Shown: positions 1 through 6,655 of the stretch, piece after piece
Layout of the letters: the number at the start of each line of letters is the position of its first letter
How positions within the stretch are numbered: the stretch's first letter is position 1
Source: a bacterium
Lineage (GTDB): Bacteria; SZUA-182; DTGQ01; JAFGSM01
Assembly: GCA_049472315.1 (NCBI GenBank)
Contig: JBLIRN010000052.1
Span: 1 to 18,643, forward strand
Direction: 5' to 3'
DNA: 18,643 nucleotides
Notes under the pieces: generated by a model
Seen by the model: only the letters and a program-made list of their open reading frames with translations
Databases searched by the model: none
What the model was told of the DNA's origin: nothing
Made by a program: the position numbers and the translations under genes

Positions 1-297
1 GGTCCCCTGGTGACCGACCATGAGGGCATCGCCTCCAGGGGGCTCATCGTCCGGCACCTCGTGCTGCCCAACCGCATAGCGGGAAGCAGGGAGGTCTTCT
101 CCTTCATCGCAACGGAGCTCTCGATAAGGGTGCCGGTAAGCCTTATGAGCCAATACTACCCTGCGTATCAGGCAGCATGCATCCCCGATCTGAACCGACC
201 CATCAATGCCGGGGAATACGAGGATGCCCTGCGGTGGCTGGAGGAATACGGGCTCACCGAGGGATGGCAACAAGGCCTCGGGGAGGAGGGGGAATAA
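1..297 (+). CDS. PflX-like radical SAM protein (putative pyruvate formate-lyase activating enzyme family), C-terminal part; 5' end lies outside the window
   Basis: Frame is open from base 1 (GPLVTDHEGIASRGLIVRHLVLP...VSLMSQYYPAY...LNRPINAGEY) to TAA at 295-297. GLxVRHLVLP and MxQYxP resemble the C-terminus of PflX-family proteins. The CxxxCxxC motif is not in the window. Confidence 0.8.
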   Translation, partial: GPLVTDHEGIASRGLIVRHLVLPNRIAGSREVFSFIATELSIRVPVSLMSQYYPAYQAACIPDLNRPINAGEYEDALRWLEEYGLTEGWQQGLGEEGE

Positions 298-304
298 ACC
301 GGCA

Positions 305-376
305 AACCAAACTTTGCCAGGCGAAGCGAAGCGGAGCACTAACCAAGCTTGCCAGGCGAAGCGAAGCGGAGCACTA
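305..376. repeat. Two-copy tandem direct repeat, period 35 nt
   Basis: The 28-nt core TTGCCAGGCGAAGCGAAGCGGAGCACTA is identical at 314-341 and 349-376. Each copy is preceded by AACCAA(A/G)C. Confidence 0.95.
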
Positions 377-520
377 TGTTGTTTTCTGAGTTACCTGTAA
401 GGCCTACTTCAGGAAACCCCAGCCTCCCTATATCGCTCCGTAAATATGTCTGCTCACGACTGCGCGATGCCAAGACTATGTAATAAAAGCAAAATTGGAA
501 TTTCTGCCAGGGGACGTCAG

Positions 521-550
521 TTGTGGATTGTATTCCGGAAATGGTGTAAT
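521..550 (+). promoter_or_regulatory. Possible sigma70-type promoter for the 571..1164 gene
   Basis: TTGTGG (521-526), 18-nt spacer, TGTAAT (545-550) preceded by TGn (542-544), in an AT-richer intergenic stretch. The match to consensus is imperfect. Confidence 0.25.
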
Positions 551-570
551 CTAAGAAGGACAAGCATACA

Positions 571-1164
571 ATGGAAGGCCGCTATGCCGATTATTCCCAG
601 GGGGAATGGATGATGAAAGATATACGGAGAGAGATTCGAGGTCGCATATCCCTGACCCTCGTAATGGTGCTCATCCTGCTCATTGCAGCAGCCACTCTCG
701 TGGGGGTAATACTCAAGATTCGTTCCCCTGCGGGAAAGGGTATGCTCACCCTGGCCCCCCCTATAGAGACCATATGGGGGATGTACAATGCCTCGCTCAG
801 GGGGGATATCGACGGGTACCTTAACTGCTTTACCCCCGAATCCCGGCAGTCCATAGAGCCAACGTTAAAGAGCATGGGGGAAGAGGCGTTCCGCGAATAC
901 CTCCGGAACAAGGCGGCCGGAATCATGGGGATCTCCATCTATACCCCTGCTGAAGAGGAGTGGGGAAATACAGGTGAACAGATCCCCTATGACCGGGAAA
1001 ACGGGGATATGATCAGCCTGCCTGTGGAGATCGTCTACAAGGAGCGGAATGAACGTCAGGTCTTTCATCTCAAGCGCCTCGATGAGGGATGGAGGATCAT
1101 CTCCGCGTCCTCCCCGGTCTTCACCTCCCAGCCGATCCCATACGGCACCAACGTAAACGAATAA
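571..1164 (+). CDS. Hypothetical membrane-anchored protein with a probable NTF2-like (DUF4878-like) extracytoplasmic domain
   Basis: 197-aa ORF with a basic stretch followed by one hydrophobic helix (ISLTLVMVLILLIAAATLVGVILK). The pattern YNASLRGDIDGYLNCFTPES...FHLKRLDEGWRII resembles NTF2-like folds. The start could instead be the ATG at 610 or 613. Confidence 0.65.
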   Translation: MEGRYADYSQGEWMMKDIRREIRGRISLTLVMVLILLIAAATLVGVILKIRSPAGKGMLTLAPPIETIWGMYNASLRGDIDGYLNCFTPESRQSIEPTLKSMGEEAFREYLRNKAAGIMGISIYTPAEEEWGNTGEQIPYDRENGDMISLPVEIVYKERNERQVFHLKRLDEGWRIISASSPVFTSQPIPYGTNVNE

Positions 1165-1252
1165 TCCTCCCCATCGCATCGTCGTTGAAGATCGCATCAC
1201 GGGCCATCCTCGGTATTCCTCTGCATGAGGTTCCCACGCATCGTGTGAGCAA

Positions 1253-1422
1253 GGGAAGGGGGATGCGCCTGTGTGCCTGCGGACGAGCACTACAGCCTGT
1301 AGCGCGAAGCTGAGGAAAAGCATGCCGCTTGTTCGAGCCCGAAGGGCGAGTTGAGGCGTGCCCGAAGCAAGCCTTACAGGCTGTGTGCAAGGGAGCCGAA
1401 ACAAAAGGCGCATCCCCTTCCC
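1253..1422. repeat. ~170-nt nested palindromic (long hairpin) intergenic element; REP/MITE-like or structured RNA
   Basis: Nested stems: 1253-1270/1406-1422 (17 bp, one bulged G), 1287-1301/1375-1388 (14 bp, one bulged T), 1320-1326/1355-1361 (7 bp, one G-T), and apex GCCC-GAA-GGGC at 1337-1347. Confidence 0.85.
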
Positions 1423-1734
1423 GTAGAATAACCACATGCCTCTTCAAAGAAGACCTTCCCGACCCTCCGTAAGGCCCCGAGACCGGCACATCCCCTGTCG
1501 AGACACCCCTGACATCCCGCCCTCCAATGCACGAATAACCGTTATTACGCTTGCTTATTGTCGAATAAAGGAGAAGGAGGACCTTCGTGGTATAGCTGGG
1601 CACGGAGGCGGGAAGGTCACGCTTCCGGGCTCCTTGATCACCCCTTGCTCCGGTGTGGGGAAATTGTGCGGATTGAAGGTACAACAGGTGAGGATGACCA
1701 GGAAACATCCTGGTTTGACGGGCCGGAGGTGTGA

Positions 1735-2481
1735 ATGATTGCCGGAATTCACCAGCCGCAGTATCTGCCATGGCTTGGATATATGAACAAGATTGCCAGC
1801 TCGGATGTCTTTGTGTTTCTTGATAGCGTCCAATACAAGAAAAACGAATGGCAGAACAGGAACAGGATCAAGACAGCGCAAGGGTGGCAGTGGATGACCG
1901 TGCCAGTGTGCTATCGCTACCCGGAGAGGATTGCACAGGTGAGGATCGACAACACCACCTCCTGGGGGGAGAAGCACTGGAAGACGCTGGTTACCAACTA
2001 CAGCCGGGCCCCCTACTTCGATGCCTACGCGGATTTTTTCCATGATACCTATACCAGGGAATGGGAACTGCTCGCGGACCTCAATATCCACGTAACCAGG
2101 TTCCTGATCGGGGTGTGGGGTTTGAAGACCAGGACCATACGGGCGAGCGAGCTGGATGTGGACAACACCGACCCAACCGGTCGCCTGGTGGCCATCTGCA
2201 CAGCGGTCAACGCGGATACCTATCTCTCCGGCAGGGATGGGGCGAGGTACATGGATGAACATCAATTTTATGAAAAGGGGATCAGGGTCTGCCATCAGGA
2301 CTGTGCCCCGGTTGAATACCCTCAGTTGTTCGAAGGATTCGTCCCGAATCTGTCCAGCATCGACCTTCTGTTCAATTGCGGTCCCTCGGGAAAGGGGATC
2401 ATCGAGGATCAATTTGTGATTTCCGAGAACACAGAGGAACGAGAGTATGAAGGTATTGGCCATCGGTGCCCATCCCGATGA
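1735..2481 (+). CDS. wbqC: WbqC-like family protein
   Basis: IHQPQYLPWLGY, D-VQY-K-EWQNRNRI, NYSRAPYF, YLSG, YPQLF and FVPNLSSIDLLFNCG are typical of the WbqC family. SD GGAGGT at 1725-1730. Confidence 0.92.
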   Translation: MIAGIHQPQYLPWLGYMNKIASSDVFVFLDSVQYKKNEWQNRNRIKTAQGWQWMTVPVCYRYPERIAQVRIDNTTSWGEKHWKTLVTNYSRAPYFDAYADFFHDTYTREWELLADLNIHVTRFLIGVWGLKTRTIRASELDVDNTDPTGRLVAICTAVNADTYLSGRDGARYMDEHQFYEKGIRVCHQDCAPVEYPQLFEGFVPNLSSIDLLFNCGPSGKGIIEDQFVISENTEEREYEGIGHRCPSR

Positions 2482-3061
2482 CATAGAGTATGGGTGTGCA
2501 GGCACCCTCATCCGGTACCGTCAGGCGGGACATGCCGTCTTTCTCTTTGTCATGACGCAGGGGGATGCCGGCGGAGACCCTGATACGCGGGCAGAGGAGC
2601 AGAAGGCCTCCGCCCGGATCATCGGCGCGGATGAGGTCCTGTGGGGAGGGTATCAGGATACCAGGCTCCCTCTTACCCGGGAGTTGATCATCCGGCTTGA
2701 AGAGGCGATTACCAGGATAGCCCCAGACATCATCCTGGTCAATCACCGGTATGATACCCACCAGGATCACCGCACCCTGTCGGACGCCACCATCTCCGCC
2801 ACCCGCAATGCGAAGAATGTCCTCTTTTACGAGGTCCCTACCACCTACAACTTCGTGGCCAATATCTTCGTGGACATCACCGCCATCCTTCACCAGAAGC
2901 TCGAGACCCTGAACGCCCATCATTCCCAGATCACCAAGACCAATATCAATTCAATGAGCATCCTCGAGCTTGCAACCTCCACGGCAAATTTCAGGGGGAT
3001 TCAGAGCCGGGTGAAATATGCCGAGGGATTCATCTCCAGCAGATTGTTTATAAACATATGA
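2447..3061 (+). CDS. PIG-L/LmbE family N-acetylglycoside deacetylase
   Basis: Metal-binding motifs GAHPDD and HQDH, plus R-x-x-E, YE and AEGF. The gene overlaps wbqC by 35 nt. Confidence 0.93.
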   Translation: MKVLAIGAHPDDIEYGCAGTLIRYRQAGHAVFLFVMTQGDAGGDPDTRAEEQKASARIIGADEVLWGGYQDTRLPLTRELIIRLEEAITRIAPDIILVNHRYDTHQDHRTLSDATISATRNAKNVLFYEVPTTYNFVANIFVDITAILHQKLETLNAHHSQITKTNINSMSILELATSTANFRGIQSRVKYAEGFISSRLFINI

Positions 3062-4149
3062 AGACAAAACCGATCACCCATTCAATGCCCACGCTGGACC
3101 ACAGGGAGATCGACGCCCTGGCGGACACGATCCGTTCAAACCACATCGCCGCCGGCGACCAGGTGGCCCTGTTTGAGGATGAGATGTCCCGTTATTGCGG
3201 GGTATCGGGTGCGGTGGGCTGTTCCTCGGGTACGGCAGCCCTTCACCTCGCCCTCCTCGCCATCGGGGTGGGCCCGGGAATGGAGGTCATCATCCCCAGC
3301 TTCACCTGTGCATCGCTCTACCATGCGGTAACCTATACCGGTGCCGTACCGGTGCTCGCGGATTGCGACCCAAACACGTTTCTCCTCACCGCACCAACCA
3401 TCATGGCCAGGATCACCCATCGAACCAAGGCGGTCATCGTGCCCCACATGTTCGGTCTTCCAGCGGATATGAAGGAGATCGTGAGCCTCGGGTTGCCCGT
3501 TATCGAGGACATCTCCCAGGCCACCGGCGCAACCTACATGGGGAGGAGGGCAGGATGCCTCTCCGAGGTAGCGGTCACCTCATTCTACGCCACCAAGCTG
3601 ATCACCACCGGCACCGGGGGGATGGTCCTCTCCGGCGATCCCGGGATAATCGGGAAGGTGCGCGAACTCAACGGGGTGGACAAGAAGAAGGACCTGAATC
3701 TTCATCTTCCCTATATGATGAACGACCTACAGGCGAGTATGGGACGGTGTCAGCTCAGGAAACTGGATGATTTCATCAGCAAGCGGAGGGACCTGGCATC
3801 CCACCTCAGCCTTGCATTGAAATCAATCGCGGCCACACCCCCGGGTGATCTTCCCTTCAGGGAGCACATCTTCTTTCGCTATTGCGTGAGGATTCACAAA
3901 CCGGTTGAGCCGGTGATCGCATTCCTGCGCAGGAACGGCATCGAGGCAGCAAGGCCGATCTTTTCACCGCTCCACCTCCTGGACAAAAGGGAAACGGCAA
4001 AGAGGGTCAGTGATTTTCCCGGGACGATGGAGGCATGGAGGACGGCAGTCTCGCTGCCGATCCATCCGGGGCTCACCAACAAGGAGGTCCTCAGGGAGGT
4101 GTGCCTGTTGGGGGACATACTCAACGTGATGGCGTATTCAAACACATGA
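3058..4149 (+). CDS. DegT/DnrJ/EryC1/StrS family PLP-dependent sugar aminotransferase
   Basis: SSGTAALHLAL, PSFT, HMFG, IEDISQA, SFYATK (Schiff-base Lys) and SLPIHP. ATGA overlap with the upstream gene. Confidence 0.93.
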   Translation: MKTKPITHSMPTLDHREIDALADTIRSNHIAAGDQVALFEDEMSRYCGVSGAVGCSSGTAALHLALLAIGVGPGMEVIIPSFTCASLYHAVTYTGAVPVLADCDPNTFLLTAPTIMARITHRTKAVIVPHMFGLPADMKEIVSLGLPVIEDISQATGATYMGRRAGCLSEVAVTSFYATKLITTGTGGMVLSGDPGIIGKVRELNGVDKKKDLNLHLPYMMNDLQASMGRCQLRKLDDFISKRRDLASHLSLALKSIAATPPGDLPFREHIFFRYCVRIHKPVEPVIAFLRRNGIEAARPIFSPLHLLDKRETAKRVSDFPGTMEAWRTAVSLPIHPGLTNKEVLREVCLLGDILNVMAYSNT

Positions 4150-5309
4150 AACGGACCGCATATCATATATTCGGTTGTTGTGCGGCCTTCCTGATCGTTT
4201 GCCTCATCCATCCGGGACTGAGGGGGATGTTGTACCGCTGGGGGAATCGATGGGTCTTCATCCTCCTCCTTTCGGCGAGCACCTCCTTTGTGGCAACCCC
4301 GGTGGTACGAATGCTGGCCTGGCGGTTCAGGATACTCGATGTCCCCGACAGCCGGAAGTCACACCAGGGCCCGACCCCGCTCCTGGGAGGCATCGCCATC
4401 TATTCCGGGTTTGTGGTCTCCCTGGTTTCCTATGCCGTGTTTTCCCCTGCATTGCGATCACTCCTCCTTGCGGGCACCATCATTCTGTTCGTGGGAATTC
4501 TCGACGACTGGCGGGAAACGAGCGCCTCCCTCAGGCTGATGCTTCAGATCCTGGCAGTGGGCATCGTCATGGGAAACGGCATCCATTTCCTCTTCCTGCC
4601 CGAAGGGCTGCTGGGAAACGCGGCCGAGTGGCTCCTCACCCTGGTATGGATCATCGGCATCACCAATGCACTCAATTTCCTGGACGGTCTCGACGGCCTG
4701 GCCACCGGGTCCGCGATCATCATCGCCTTCTACCTCGGGGTGGTGGCCTTTCAATCGGGACAGCCCTTTCTGGGATGGGCGCTGGTGGCGATCATCGGGG
4801 GATGCCTGGGGTTTCTTCCCTACAACCTGCGGCTCGGCAGCGCCACCATCTTCCTTGGTGACGCGGGCAGCACGTTCCTGGGATTTATGCTCGCAAGCCT
4901 CACGGTAATGGGCAACTGGGGGCCTGATAACGCCATCAAGACCTTCACCCCACCCCTGCTCATCTTCGGACTCCTTATCTTCGACCTCTTCCATATCACC
5001 ATCTCCCGCATAGTGAGCGGGAAGGTGACCTCATTCAAGGGATGGATCGACTTCGTGGGCAAGGATCACCTCCACCACCGGCTTGAGACCCTGGGAATGA
5101 CCAAGAAGGAGGTGGTCATGTTCATCTTCCTGTTCGAGATCTGCCTGGGGGCTGGGGCCCTGCTTATCCGCCAGATTCATGAAATGCAGGCAATGCTCCT
5201 TCTCCTGCAGGGCCTGGGGATCATCGCCCTGTTTGCCGTACTGGAGCACCTGGGAAATGTGGCATCAAAGGAACGGCACGAAACGTCCGATAAGGATTAT
5301 GTGTCGTGA
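4146..5309 (+). CDS. wecA: Undecaprenyl-phosphate N-acetylhexosamine-1-phosphate transferase (WecA/TagO, MraY-like family)
   Basis: Polytopic membrane protein with RKSH-PTPLLGG, GILDD, NALNFLDGLDGL, FLGDAGS and HLHHRL. Start placed at the ATG at 4146 (ATGA overlap with the DegT gene) rather than at 4035. Confidence 0.92.
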   Translation: MKRTAYHIFGCCAAFLIVCLIHPGLRGMLYRWGNRWVFILLLSASTSFVATPVVRMLAWRFRILDVPDSRKSHQGPTPLLGGIAIYSGFVVSLVSYAVFSPALRSLLLAGTIILFVGILDDWRETSASLRLMLQILAVGIVMGNGIHFLFLPEGLLGNAAEWLLTLVWIIGITNALNFLDGLDGLATGSAIIIAFYLGVVAFQSGQPFLGWALVAIIGGCLGFLPYNLRLGSATIFLGDAGSTFLGFMLASLTVMGNWGPDNAIKTFTPPLLIFGLLIFDLFHITISRIVSGKVTSFKGWIDFVGKDHLHHRLETLGMTKKEVVMFIFLFEICLGAGALLIRQIHEMQAMLLLLQGLGIIALFAVLEHLGNVASKERHETSDKDYVS

Positions 5310-5518
5310 TGGAGAACCCTCCGGCAGGCTTTGATATAAGCAGGATAAGGATACAGGGTATGGTGATGAGTAAGGATCGCTTCATCGATATCATGAAAAA
5401 GGCCCTTGCGAAGTCCTTCGCATCGATGGAAGTATTGATGCCATACTGCCGATATAGGGGATATAACGATACCCATGTGGATATACAGTGGGTTGTATGT
5501 TGGGAATTTGACTCCTGA
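5306..5518 (+). CDS. Possible small hypothetical protein (70 aa)
   Basis: Starts overlapping the wecA stop (GTGATG), with TAAGGA about 9 nt upstream, and fills the gap before the HD-GYP gene. No recognisable motif, and the composition is AT-richer than its neighbours. Confidence 0.3.
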   Translation: MMENPPAGFDISRIRIQGMVMSKDRFIDIMKKALAKSFASMEVLMPYCRYRGYNDTHVDIQWVVCWEFDS

Positions 5519-5590
5519 GGCTGAAGAAGGAAGGGAACGGGAAGAGGCTTCGTGCTTATGGTTATCATGAGTTAATCAAAGGAAAAGGTT

Positions 5591-6655
5591 TTGGGAACAA
5601 TGTTTGAAGATACCGATCCAGCAAGCAGCACAGCACAGATTGAATCCCAAGCGACCCCTCAATACAGCGGAGCGCCGTCGGAAGGCAGGCGCCAGCCCTT
5701 CTTCTGTGATCTCTTCTACCAGCAGCTCTGGCAGAAGGCAAAGGATTTTTACGGATGGGCGGTTGAATACTGCGCCCACAAGAATGAATCCATCGATACC
5801 CTGAAGGGGCTGGTCAGCGATATAGAGAACGACGGGATCTGGGCAAACCTTTTGGAGAGCCTGTCCATGGGGGACGATCTCCTCTTCAACGTGTTCATGC
5901 CCAGGGACAAATACGATATTCTCACCCACCATCCGGTCAATGTCACCATCCTGAGCCTGAAGCTCGGGATGGGACTCAATACATTCTCCAAACAGGATCT
6001 CAAGCGACTGGGTCTTGCCGCCCTGACCCACGATCTGGGGATGGCGGAGATCTTGATGTCCATCATGAACAAGGACGCGAATCTCTCGGCTGGGGAGAAG
6101 AGGTCCATCGAACGACACCCTGCGGTCACCAAGTCGCTGGTCTCACAACTCGGCCTCGATTATGAGTGGCTGGCCATGGTGGTGTACCAGGAACACGAAC
6201 GGGAAAACGGACAGGGATATCCGGAGGGACTTTCCGGCAACGGGATCAATCTCATGGCCAAGGTCATCGGGCTCATGGATACCGTCGATGCGATGATCCA
6301 TCCCCGGCCGTGGAGGAGATCGATTCCTCCGCCCGACGTGATCCAGGCCCTTCTGACCAGTCAGAGGGAGTTCTTCGCCTCCGATCTGGTCAAGGCGCTT
6401 ATCCGGGAGGTGTCTCCGTTCCCCCCGGGAAGTTATGTGCGCCTCAATTCCAAGGAAATCGGGCAGGTTATCCGGGTGGCAAAGAAGCATCCCCTCCGGC
6501 CCGACATGATCATCTGGTTTGATTCGACCGGGGTGCGGATACGCGAGCCGAAGATCGTGCAGCTCAAATCACAGCCATTCCTGCATATCGTGGGTTCGGT
6601 GGATACGGAGGAGCTCCCCTCCCAGACAGTAAAGGTAATGGATGCCGAGCGATGA
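5591..6655 (+). CDS. HD-GYP domain protein (c-di-GMP phosphodiesterase family), with motif substitutions
   Basis: HPVNV, ALTHDLG, RHP, EHERENGQGYPEGL, DTVDAM, RPWR, and a C-terminal FPPGSYVRLNS-EIG-V...HPLRP extension. Start is TTG 5591 or ATG 5600. Confidence 0.9.
   Translation: MGTMFEDTDPASSTAQIESQATPQYSGAPSEGRRQPFFCDLFYQQLWQKAKDFYGWAVEYCAHKNESIDTLKGLVSDIENDGIWANLLESLSMGDDLLFNVFMPRDKYDILTHHPVNVTILSLKLGMGLNTFSKQDLKRLGLAALTHDLGMAEILMSIMNKDANLSAGEKRSIERHPAVTKSLVSQLGLDYEWLAMVVYQEHERENGQGYPEGLSGNGINLMAKVIGLMDTVDAMIHPRPWRRSIPPPDVIQALLTSQREFFASDLVKALIREVSPFPPGSYVRLNSKEIGQVIRVAKKHPLRPDMIIWFDSTGVRIREPKIVQLKSQPFLHIVGSVDTEELPSQTVKVMDAER

Noticed and set aside
305..376. Repeat pair as a mini CRISPR array
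   Set aside because: Only two copies, essentially adjacent with no unique ~30-nt spacer, and no cas genes in the window.
301..380. GGCAAACC as the start of a c-di-GMP-I riboswitch
   Set aside because: The expected GNRA-capped stem and downstream GACGCAAAGC-like motif are absent.
1253..1422. Hairpin element as an integron attC site or intrinsic terminator
   Set aside because: No RYYYAAC...GTTRRRY terminal boxes and no U-tract after the stem.
1436..1738. 100-aa + strand ORF whose stop overlaps the wbqC start
   Set aside because: Pro/Arg-rich with no motif and no clear SD; the ATGA overlap can arise by chance.
2447..2481. 35-nt wbqC/PIG-L overlap as a frameshift or fusion signal
   Set aside because: Both proteins look complete, the PIG-L gene has its own SD-like sequence, and no slippery site is evident.
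1555..2511. 318-aa minus-strand ORF
   Set aside because: Antisense shadow of wbqC with no recognisable motifs.
4035..4145. N-terminal extension of WecA given by the ORF track
   Set aside because: It overlaps the DegT gene by over 100 nt; ATG 4146 gives a standard ATGA coupling.
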